A stretch of DNA of 64,000 nt, from NCBI GenBank assembly GCA_964395845.1, contig CAYNCG010000015.1, forward strand, positions 356-64,355, given 5' to 3'. A program made the translations under genes and the position numbers. Source of the stretch: an uncultured Isosphaeraceae bacterium. Lineage in GTDB: Bacteria > Planctomycetota > Phycisphaerae > Phycisphaerales > SM1A02. Below the pieces are notes generated by a model. It was not told where the DNA came from. It saw nothing but the letters and a program-made list of their open reading frames with translations, and searched no databases. Shown one piece after another: positions 36,880 to 49,040 of the stretch (position 1 is the stretch's first letter; every line of letters starts with the position of its first letter).

Positions 36880-38481
36880 TCAGCTCGTCCACGCGCCAAG
36901 GAGAATCGCGAGATCGGCGGCACTGACGACGCCATCGTCATCGAGGTCCGCCGTGCCGTCGCCTCCCCACTGCCCGAGCAGGATCGCGATGTCGGCGGCG
37001 TCGATGCGGTCGTCGCCGTTCAGGTCGCCGAAGGGTCCGGTGTCGGTCATGAACCAGGCGATCGCAACCGGCTGGGCGCTCTGGGCCCCCGCCTTCCGGC
37101 GAAGCTCGATCGCGTAGTCACCCGGCTCGAGGTCGGTCAGGTAGAGGTGCTCGATGTTGTCGATCGTCGAGACGCTCGCGACATTGCCGCCGCCGTAGAC
37201 GCCCGGCTCGCCCACCAGCGAGATGAGCGAACTGCCGCTCACCTTCCAGAGGATCAGGTCGATGTCCATCAGGTTGAAGCTCGCGAAGTTCGTCGCGACC
37301 GTGCGGTTCCAGGTCGCCGTGACGGAGAGCTCGTCGATCGGGCCGAACGCGGTGAAGCGATAGAACTGACTCGCGTTCGAGGCGATCGTCGGCACCCAAT
37401 CCCAGCCGCGGTCGTCGGCGTTCGCGGTCGAGGGCAGCGTCGCGCTGCCGTTGCTTTCCTGACCGGTGAGGATGAGATGGCTGCGGTCGATGTTGAGGAG
37501 ATCCGCGCCGTAGAGCGGATCGAGCGGCGTCGCGGTCTGGCCGCGCAGCGACCCGCTGGTCGGTGCCCCGTTCGTCCAGCCCGCGCGGTGGGTGGTCCCG
37601 GCGAGGAGGACGGCGCGGATGACCTGGGCGCGATCGGCGTTGGCGTTGGCGGCAAGCGCAGGATCGAGATCGGTCGTCTGGTAGAGCACCGCCGCGGCGG
37701 CGCCGACGATCGGCGTCGCGAAGCTCGTGAAGCCGCTGGGGGCCACGATGTCCGGCTTGCGGCGTCCCTGACCGTCGAGACCCGCGGGCGTCACCGCGTT
37801 CGCATGCTGACCGTTGGCGAGTCCGACGGTCAGGCTGTGGTAGCCGTAGGCGACGAGGGCGCTCGGCGCGCTGCCCGCGCCGTTGTTGGTTCCGACCACC
37901 GACAACACATTGTCACGGTTGAGCTGAAAATCGAATCGCCGCAGGGCATCGTTATCGAGGAAGGTGCTGCCGAAAGAGCCGATCCAACTGTGGTTGAAGA
38001 TCCGCATCCCGGCCGGCGGCGTGAGTGGCGGCGTGGCCCCCTGGTTCGTGCGCAAGAATCCCGTCGTCGCCCATGCTCCCGCCTCCCACACGAACACGCT
38101 GGTGATGCCCGGAGCGATGCTCCCGGCGTTGCCATAGAGGGCGAGTCCGACCGTCGTCGCGTGGCCGCTCGAGCCGAAGGGACCGCTCTGCGGCGTGAAG
38201 GTCTTGCCGGCAAAGTCGGCGTTGGCCGTGTTCGGCCCGAAGTTGCCCGGGCTCTCCGCCGCCTCGACCTGACCGACCGCGTACCCGGCGCCGGTCGGGA
38301 CATTCGCCGCGCCAAGCCGGTTCTTCAGGGCGGTGAAGCCGATGTCGTCAAAGACATCGGCCTGGGCCGCGGCACCGCACGCGAGGACCGCCAGGGCGAG
38401 GAGCGCTCCGCCGCGGAATCGCGATCGGGAGCGGTCGAAGCGAGTGCGCGGCGAGCGGCGCTCGGGGTTCTCGGGCGTCAT
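36880..38481 (-). CDS. Secreted subtilisin-like (S8-like) peptidase-domain protein with C-terminal dockerin-like tandem module
   Basis: Signal peptide (GGALLALAVLACGAAAQA). His-motif-like SGHATTVG, NHSW, and Ser-motif-like TSFATPIVGAAAA. The Asp motif is not obvious, so catalytic status is uncertain. C-terminus: DLNGDDRIDAADIAILLGQWG...DLDDDGVVSAADLAILLGAW. Confidence 0.6.
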   Translation of the reverse strand: MTPENPERRSPRTRFDRSRSRFRGGALLALAVLACGAAAQADVFDDIGFTALKNRLGAANVPTGAGYAVGQVEAAESPGNFGPNTANADFAGKTFTPQSGPFGSSGHATTVGLALYGNAGSIAPGITSVFVWEAGAWATTGFLRTNQGATPPLTPPAGMRIFNHSWIGSFGSTFLDNDALRRFDFQLNRDNVLSVVGTNNGAGSAPSALVAYGYHSLTVGLANGQHANAVTPAGLDGQGRRKPDIVAPSGFTSFATPIVGAAAAVLYQTTDLDPALAANANADRAQVIRAVLLAGTTHRAGWTNGAPTSGSLRGQTATPLDPLYGADLLNIDRSHLILTGQESNGSATLPSTANADDRGWDWVPTIASNASQFYRFTAFGPIDELSVTATWNRTVATNFASFNLMDIDLILWKVSGSSLISLVGEPGVYGGGNVASVSTIDNIEHLYLTDLEPGDYAIELRRKAGAQSAQPVAIAWFMTDTGPFGDLNGDDRIDAADIAILLGQWGGDGTADLDDDGVVSAADLAILLGAWTS

Positions 38482-38652
38482 GGCGAAGCTCTCTGGGGTG
38501 AATCGATGCGGGGGCGGACACGCGGGCGGGTGACCGCAACGGCGACCCGCTCACATGCTGCCCCTCACCGTATCACCGCTTCGCCAAAGCACCAACGGGG
38601 ATCGCGAGGATCGCCGAAAGCCGCGCAGACGCCCCCGGCACCGCCGGCAACG

Positions 38653-38665
38653 CCCCCCCCCCCCC
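38653..38665. repeat. Homopolymeric C13 (G13 on the minus strand) tract
   Basis: cgCCCCCCCCCCCCCgg read directly from the sequence. It lies in the intergenic region about 170-185 nt upstream of the start of gene 36880..38481. Confidence 0.95.
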
Positions 38666-38816
38666 GGCTCGAATCCAGTTGGGATCCACTTCGGATCCAG
38701 TTGCGCGCCAATGGGCCCCATCGGCATCCGCCGAAGGGTCGATTCCCGCCCGGTCATGCAAACGGCCGCACCGGGACCGGCGCGGCCGTCTGCGAGGGAC
38801 CAGGTCCGCTCCTCGC

Positions 38817-39725
38817 TCAGGGCTTCTCGCTCGCCGCCGGATCGGCCTCCGGAGCCGGCTTCGCCCCCGAAGTCGCCCCTTCGATCGGCATCGCGAGCCC
38901 CGACGCCGGCTTGGTCGGCACGCGCGGTTCGGCCATGTCGTCGGTGACGAGGATCTCGACGCGGGCGTTCCTGGCGTCCTTCGTGGACTCGCGCGGATCG
39001 GACTCCGCACGCTCGTTGTCGCCCGCCGCCTTCACCCGCAGGCGATGCCACTCGATGCCATGGGCCACCATCGCCTCGGCGACGGCGAGAGCCCGGTCGT
39101 AGCTCAGGTCGAACGCCTCGCGCGGCTGGCGGAAGGCCTCGCTCACGCCGGTATGGCCGCGAATCTCGATGACCGCGTTGCGGCCGCGCTGCTTGCGGGC
39201 GAACTCGGCGATGGTCGCGGCGGCGGCCTCGTCGATCTGGGTCGAGAGAAGCGCGAAGTTCACGAGCGTGCCCTTGGCGTGGAACTTCGTGTCGCGAACG
39301 CTCTTCACGTTCTTGTCCTTGCCGCGGGCGCCGTCGTCGCGACTCTCGCCCGCGCCGGCGGCCTGCTCCATCATGCGCTCAAGAAGCGCCTTCTCCGCCG
39401 GATTGTTCGGATCGAGGTTGTCGTCGGTGTGGAACGCCTTGCGGACGGAGATCGCGAAGTCGACGAAGTCGGGCTCGTTGGCGACGCCCTCCTCCTGCTC
39501 CCCGCCGCCGCCGGCGTTGCCGCCCTTGGGCTGCACATTCAGGGCGAAGAGAATGACGAAGAAGCCCATCATGAGCATGACCATGTCGGCGAAGGAAATG
39601 AGCCATTCCGGCGCGCCGGCCTCTTCCTCGCCATGACCGCCGCCGTGGCCACCGCCGTGACCGCCGTGACCGTGGCCCTTCTTCTTCTTGTGTTCGCCGT
39701 CGCCGTGTTCGCCGTGCTCAGCCAT
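38817..39725 (-). CDS. motB: MotB-like stator protein (OmpA-family C-terminal domain) with His/Gly-rich N-terminal extension
   Basis: TM helix with a conserved Asp (WLISFADMVMLMMGFF) and an OmpA-like C-terminus. The N-terminus is MAEHGEHGDGEHKKKKGHGHGGHGGGHGGGHG. Confidence 0.8.
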   Translation of the reverse strand: MAEHGEHGDGEHKKKKGHGHGGHGGGHGGGHGEEEAGAPEWLISFADMVMLMMGFFVILFALNVQPKGGNAGGGGEQEEGVANEPDFVDFAISVRKAFHTDDNLDPNNPAEKALLERMMEQAAGAGESRDDGARGKDKNVKSVRDTKFHAKGTLVNFALLSTQIDEAAAATIAEFARKQRGRNAVIEIRGHTGVSEAFRQPREAFDLSYDRALAVAEAMVAHGIEWHRLRVKAAGDNERAESDPRESTKDARNARVEILVTDDMAEPRVPTKPASGLAMPIEGATSGAKPAPEADPAASEKP

Positions 39726-39787
39726 AGGTACAGCTCACGAAAGAAGCGTGTGAAACAATCGTGCGGAGCGCACGCCGTCGCCGCCGG

Positions 39788-40564
39788 TCACGCGGCCCGC
39801 AGCGTGTGGCGATAGGTCTGCGGAATGAAGGCCAGCATCTTCTCCTGCGTCGCTCGCGGGTTGTCGCCCGCCTGGATCGAGAGAATGCCCTGCAGCATCA
39901 TTTCCTTCGAGAGGATCTCCTCGCTCGAGCGGAGGGCGAGCTTGTCACCCATCGGACCGGCGATCGCGTTCGCGATGACCGTTCCGTACATCGTCGCGAC
40001 GACGGCGACCGCGAGCATGTGACCGAGCACGTTGATGTCACCGCCGAGGTTGCCGAACATGCCGATTTGGCCGATCAGCGTCGCGACGAGACCGTAGCCG
40101 GGACCGTAGAGCTTGATGAGATCGAAGAACTTCTTGCCCGCCTTGTGGCGGTCCTGCATCGCCATGACCTCGAAGCGGAGCGTCTGCTCGATCGTCGCCT
40201 CGTCGGTGCCGTCCACGGCCATCTTCAGGCCGGCGACGAGAAACGGGTCCTTGATCTTCTCGACCTCGGCCTCGAGGGCGAGGATGCCGTCGCGGCGAGC
40301 CTTGTCGGAGAGCATGCTCATGAGCTTCACGGTCTCGGAGGGACTCATCCCCCGCTCGAACATGAAGCGCTTGATGTAGCCCGGCACGCTCTTCAGCTTG
40401 TCCATGGGCATCGCCATGAAGAGGACGCTCGCCGTGCCTCCGAAGACCATGACGAGTCCCTTCTCCGAGATGAAGATCTCGAAGTGACCGTGGGACGCCC
40501 GATAGGCGACCCAGCCACACGCGAGCAGGCCGAGGATGCATCCGATCAGACTGGCCTTGTCCAT
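39788..40564 (-). CDS. motA: MotA/PomA-like stator protein (MotA/TolQ/ExbB proton-channel family)
   Basis: 258 aa with typical MotA topology and a C-terminal channel segment (GPGYGLVATLIGQIGMF...ATMYGTVIANAIAGP). The start was set at the internal ATG (MDKASLIG). Confidence 0.85.
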   Translation of the reverse strand: MDKASLIGCILGLLACGWVAYRASHGHFEIFISEKGLVMVFGGTASVLFMAMPMDKLKSVPGYIKRFMFERGMSPSETVKLMSMLSDKARRDGILALEAEVEKIKDPFLVAGLKMAVDGTDEATIEQTLRFEVMAMQDRHKAGKKFFDLIKLYGPGYGLVATLIGQIGMFGNLGGDINVLGHMLAVAVVATMYGTVIANAIAGPMGDKLALRSSEEILSKEMMLQGILSIQAGDNPRATQEKMLAFIPQTYRHTLRAA

Positions 40565-40867
40565 GACTCCGCCTCCGGTTCGGCCGCGCCCTGCCGGTCC
40601 GCGGGCGGTGCGCCGACCCGGGCCCGACGCCCAGGGGATCGCTTCCGCAGCGCGGCCGGACCTCGAGGCCCGAACCTTGCAGGGTGCATCGACCGCAGGC
40701 GGCAGCGGCTGAAGCGGTCCTGCCGGTCCGGATGGCGCTACGGGCCATGTGAGGGATCGCTTCTGTTCGGTTTGGTCGGTCTGTGCGGGTGGGATCACCT
40801 GCGCGTCCGATCGTGCGGGCAGGTCCCGATGCGGCTATCGTTCGACAGACCCTCCGCAGCCTTCCGC

Positions 40868-41815
40868 ATGACCCGCCGCCCGATCGTTGCCGTGACCGAA
40901 CTCCTCGCCGATAACGCGGCGCGCTGGCTCGAGGAGCGGTGCGAGGTCGTCCGGGCCCGTCCCTGCGAGTCGGCCTTCACCGAAGCGGCCGATCGGATCG
41001 AGGGGCTCGTCGTCCGCACCTACACGACCGTGGACGAGTCGCTTCTCCGCTGCCTGCCGAATCTGAAGGTCGTCGGCCGCGGCGGCGTCGGCCTCGACAA
41101 CATCGATGTCGAGGCCTGCCGGGCCCGCGGCGTCACCGTCGTCTCAACGCCCGACGCGAACACCCAAGCGGTCGTCGAGTTCGTCCTCTGCTGCCTCTGC
41201 GACGCCCTGCGGCCGCGGGCCCCGCTCGAACGGGCCCTCTCCAAGGAGGAATGGCACGAGGCCCGCGACGAGGAGCTCGTCGGCCTCTGGCAGATGAACG
41301 AACTCACCCTCGGCATCCTCGGGCTCGGGCGCATCGGCCGCCGGGTCGCCGAGGTCGCCCGGGCGATCGGCTTCGAAGTCCTCTTCCACGACATTCGCGG
41401 CATTCCCGACGACGAGCGCAACGGCGCAGAGCCCGTCGATCTCGACACGCTCTTTCGCACCAGTGACATCGTCACCGTCCATGTGGACGGTCGGGCGTCG
41501 AATCGCCATCTGGTGAGCGAGGAACTCCTCGGTCGGCTGAAGCCCGACGCGATCCTCATCAACACGAGCCGCGGCTTTGTGGTCGACCATCAGGCTCTCG
41601 CCCTCTGGCTCCGCGGACATCCGGCGGCGATCGCCCTGCTCGATGTGCACGAGCCCGAGCCGGTCCCGCCGACGAATCCGCTCCTCGGCCTCGACAACGC
41701 CTTTCTGACGCCGCATCTCGCGTCGCGCACCCTGACCGCGATGGAGAACATGAGCTGGGTGGTCCGCGATGTGGTCGCGGTGCTCGAAGGTCGCTCGCCG
41801 AAGTGGCCGGCGTAA
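40868..41815 (+). CDS. D-isomer-specific 2-hydroxyacid dehydrogenase (PGDH-like)
   Basis: GILGLGRIGRRVA NAD-binding motif and a catalytic region ending in TPHLAS. This is only the C-terminal third of track ORF 39761..41815. An alternative ATG lies at 40829. Confidence 0.8.
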   Translation: MTRRPIVAVTELLADNAARWLEERCEVVRARPCESAFTEAADRIEGLVVRTYTTVDESLLRCLPNLKVVGRGGVGLDNIDVEACRARGVTVVSTPDANTQAVVEFVLCCLCDALRPRAPLERALSKEEWHEARDEELVGLWQMNELTLGILGLGRIGRRVAEVARAIGFEVLFHDIRGIPDDERNGAEPVDLDTLFRTSDIVTVHVDGRASNRHLVSEELLGRLKPDAILINTSRGFVVDHQALALWLRGHPAAIALLDVHEPEPVPPTNPLLGLDNAFLTPHLASRTLTAMENMSWVVRDVVAVLEGRSPKWPA

Positions 41816-41860
41816 CGCGGGGACGGGCTGCGGCATGTCCCGTCGGTATCATCGCTGCCC

Positions 41861-43420
41861 GTGTCGCAGCTTCCCTCCCAGCCCTCCTCCGCGCCCTTCC
41901 CATCGCTGCCCGTCGCCCAGCATGTGCAGTCGGCGATAGACGCCCTCAACCGCGGGCAATTCGCCATCGCCGAGCGGCACTGCCGGGCGGTGCTTGAGAA
42001 GAACACGAAGCAGAGCGAGGCCCTCATCCTCATGGCCCGTTCCGCGCTCGAGCAATCGCGCTTCGACGAGGTCGAGAGCTGGCTGACCCGCGCCGCGGCC
42101 GCGAGCGCGCCGGAGCGGGACATCCTGCTCGTCCGCTCCGCGCTCCGCTATCGCGAGGGGCGCGACGACGAGGCCTTGGCGATGTGCGAGGCGATTCTCG
42201 CCGCATCGCCCGACGCCTTCGAGGCCACGATGCGGGCGGCGAACGCGGAGCGTCGCCTGAAGCGACCCGCTGCCGCCATCAGCCGTCTCGCGCCGTATCA
42301 GAGTCAGCCGGCCGCCGCGACGGTCAGCGCCTGGTCGTGGATCGACCTGAAGGAGCCGGCGAAGGCCGTCGCTGCGCTCATGCCGCATATCGGCACCGTC
42401 GCCAGCCAGCGCATCGGACCGCAGCAGCGCTCGAATCTCTATCACGCCCTCGGTTTTGCGTACGAATCACAGCTTGAGTTTCAAAAGGCGATCGACGCCT
42501 ACACGCTGTCGAACGAGGCGATTCCGATCACCGTCGACGAGCGGGCGATTCGTCGGGACATCGACGCGATCCGTCGCGTCTTCACCGCCGAGCGCATCGC
42601 CCGCGCCCCGCGGCCGACGGTCCGCTCCGCCCGTCCGGTCTTCGTTGCAGCGATGCCGCGCTCCGGCACCACGCTGATCGACCGCATCATCGCCGCCCAT
42701 CCGCTCTGCGGCGGCGCCGGCGAGACACCGGCCCTCCGTGCCCAACTGCAAGGCATCGCCAACTGGCCACAGGGAGTCGACGCCCTGACCTCGGCGGACT
42801 TCGATCGCATCGCGCAGCGCTATCTCGCCGAGACCGATCGCTACGGCCCGCAGGCGGAGCGCATCGCCGACAAGCATCTGCTCAACTGGACGATGGTGGG
42901 CCTCATCGCGATGGCCATGCCCGAAGCGCGCATCATTCATTTGAAGCGGGACACGCTCGACACGGGCATTTCCTGTTTCGAGCGGCTGCGACCGGGCCAG
43001 GTGGCGTGGTCGCGTTCGCTCCGCCTCATCGGCATCGCCCTGCGGGCCTGCGATGTGCTGATGGAACACTGGCATGCGACGCTCGAGGAAGTGCGCGATC
43101 TCCGGCGACAGAGCGGCACGGGCGGCGAGGAGCACACCCCCGCCATCCTCCGCGTCGAATACGAAACGCTCGTGCGCGAGCCCGAGCGCGAGACGCGGCG
43201 CCTCGTCGAGTTCCTCGGCTTGCCATGGGATGACGCGTGCCTCGCGTATCACACCTCGGGATCGCGCAAGGTGACGCCAGCCGGCGGCATCGCTCCCCCG
43301 CCGACGCTCTCGAGCGAGCAGGCCTCGAAGCCGATCTACGACTCCTCGATCGGCCGCGGCCTCCGCTTCGGCGCGGCCCTCGACCCGCTCCGCGCCGCCT
43401 ACGACGAGGCGTGGAGCTGA
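41861..43420 (+). CDS. TPR-repeat sulfotransferase
   Basis: N-terminal TPR-like helical repeats. MPRSGTTL (5'-PSB loop) and HLKRDTLDTGIS (3'-PB) sulfotransferase motifs. Confidence 0.75.
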   Translation: MSQLPSQPSSAPFPSLPVAQHVQSAIDALNRGQFAIAERHCRAVLEKNTKQSEALILMARSALEQSRFDEVESWLTRAAAASAPERDILLVRSALRYREGRDDEALAMCEAILAASPDAFEATMRAANAERRLKRPAAAISRLAPYQSQPAAATVSAWSWIDLKEPAKAVAALMPHIGTVASQRIGPQQRSNLYHALGFAYESQLEFQKAIDAYTLSNEAIPITVDERAIRRDIDAIRRVFTAERIARAPRPTVRSARPVFVAAMPRSGTTLIDRIIAAHPLCGGAGETPALRAQLQGIANWPQGVDALTSADFDRIAQRYLAETDRYGPQAERIADKHLLNWTMVGLIAMAMPEARIIHLKRDTLDTGISCFERLRPGQVAWSRSLRLIGIALRACDVLMEHWHATLEEVRDLRRQSGTGGEEHTPAILRVEYETLVREPERETRRLVEFLGLPWDDACLAYHTSGSRKVTPAGGIAPPPTLSSEQASKPIYDSSIGRGLRFGAALDPLRAAYDEAWS

Positions 43421-43504
43421 GCGACCTCCCTCCCCGGGATTTGCCCCCGGGATTTTGCTCAACGGCGTGACCGTGCACACGAACGGTCGGACACGCGACG
43501 GCTA

Positions 43505-43600
43505 TCAAGTCCGGTCAGCCTCGAACCGCTCGGGGCTGACATATCCCAGCGGACTGTGCTGGCGGATGTGGCCCCTGCACCTTCGTGCCCTCCCTGCCTC
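43505..43600 (-). pseudogene. C-terminal remnant of a DDE (rve/IS3-like) transposase
   Basis: The reading frame ends ...HIRQHSPLGYVSPERFEADRT*, matching the conserved R-x-H-S-x-LGY-x-SP-x-x-FE tail of rve integrase-core transposases. No upstream catalytic domain is present. Confidence 0.35.
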
Positions 43601-43756
43601 TCTGGCTCTTTCGCGATCCACAGTCGTATTGCCTTGATGGGGAGCTGAAAACGCACTCCGGGGATGTCGCGTGCGCGACATCCCCGGAGTGCACTCAATG
43701 GTTGCGTTCGCGGACTCACCCATCTGGCTCCATGGGTGACGGCTTCTCCGACGCAA

Positions 43757-44361
43757 TCAACGCGAGCGTCGGCCTCGAGCCCGGCGCGATGCGCCCGAAC
43801 AGCCCAGCATCACCGCCAGCATCGTGATGATCGGCGGGGCTGGAATGGTCGAAGAGAAGTAAATGTTGTCGAAGTCGACAGGAAAATCCGCTGCTTCAAG
43901 AATGCGAATTCGATCGAAGCCTTGAGTCGAGGTGATCCCGGCGAAGGAATTAGGTCCCGGCGCCCCGAACATATCGGTCTGGTGGAAGACTTGGTTGCCA
44001 GAGAAGAGCTGGAAGCGGAACAGGCCCGGACCATGAGCCGCGAAAGAGTGCATCGGCTCGTCAAACGCGATCTCGACGAGCGTACCCCCGCTGAATCCGA
44101 AACCGTCCTGCAAGAAGACCGAGGGTATAAATGGCAACATCACATCCCACCCGCCGAACCCGGTGAAGGTCGCTCCGAGCGAGCTGAATTGCGTGGTGAG
44201 GACCTCGTTCGTCGGCAAGCCGATGAAGTCAAGCGTCGTGTAGGTCACGACATCGGACTTCCAGCCCGCAAAGTTGCCGTCGTACGCGACGACGCTCGCG
44301 TGACCGGCCGCGGTCATTGCAAGGCTGACGCTCATGACAGACAAGAAGTGTTTCGGCAACA

Positions 44362-44365
<4 letters not shown>
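43757..44365 (-). CDS. Secreted protein with PEP-CTERM-like C-terminal anchor
   Basis: Signal peptide, and a C-terminus IPAPP-IITMLAVMLGC-SGASRRARGRRSR (P-x-P, hydrophobic helix, basic tail). It overlaps the upstream gene by ATGA. Confidence 0.6.
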
Positions 44366-46152
<1,787 letters not shown>

Positions 46153-46499
46153 GCGTCTTTTCCCTGTAGAAGGATGCCTCACTGATACCGCATTCGCGGA
46201 ACGCGGTGACACTCGGATCAGAATACGCCAGCGAGGGGCGTCCTACGCGGAAAATCTCTGCACTTTGCGAGTTCCTTGCATTGGAACTGGGCTGAAGGTG
46301 CAAATCGCTCGCCTCTCGCGATCTGCATTCACCACGAAAATCAGAATGACCTTGCCCTCTCCCTGTGCCCTCTTGCCTCTGCACTCTTACCTCTGGCCCA
46401 TGCGAGCCAAAAGGGCAAACGACACAAATCCGAGCTGCGGTGATCCCGGGGCGAGCGAGACGGCGCGTGACAGCGCTGAACCCCCACCAGGATCATCCC

Positions 46500-48555
<2,056 letters not shown>

Positions 48556-48573
48556 CGCTGTGGGCGAAGGCTA

Positions 48574-49040
48574 GAGAACCAGAGAACCACAGAGGCACAG
48601 AGGGCACAGAGGGTGCACAGAGAAGGCAAGTGAGGAGACCGGTTGCGCGCGCGTTGATTGAGACGGCCGGTGCCAGAGGCACCCGCGGTTCGCAATCGCT
48701 GGGTAAGGTCAACGACTCGACCCAACTCGATTACATCCTGCGCCGACGACTTTGTGCGACGAACTGCCTCCTTCCGTTGACTTCTCTGTGCTACCTCTGT
48801 GCCCTCTGCGCCTCTGTGGTTCTCTGGCGGAATAGTGCAGAAAGCTGGGTGCACAGAGGAGAGAAGAAGGGCGAGCGCGGTCGGCTTCAAGAGCGCGGAT
48901 GATCAGCGCTTCGCGTCGACGCATTCCGTCCCGAGAACCCAATATCGGCATGGCCCCACTCGCACAAAATCATCCTTGACCAGCCCTCTTCCTGTCTCCT
49001 CTGTGCATCCTCTGTGCCCTCTGTGCCTCTGTGGTTCTCA
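48574..49040. repeat. Cluster of CACAGAGG-repeat elements (one full forward, one partial forward, two reverse copies)
   Basis: The forward copy is at 48574-48626 and the reverse copy at 48781-48827, separated by about 154 bp. A partial forward copy lies near 48848-48870. A second reverse copy is at 48989-49040. The cluster sits between the convergent eno and TPR-membrane genes. Confidence 0.75.

Noticed and set aside
38817-40564. motAB as a Zorya-type (ZorAB) anti-phage system
   Set aside because: MotA is of normal size (258 aa) and lacks the long ZorA tail. There are no ZorC/D-like genes, and the neighbours are housekeeping genes.
39761-41815. 684-aa ORF fusing motA-antisense sequence with the dehydrogenase
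   Set aside because: Only the C-terminal ~315 aa (from ATG 40868 or 40829) look like a 2-hydroxyacid dehydrogenase. The upstream part is antisense to motA.
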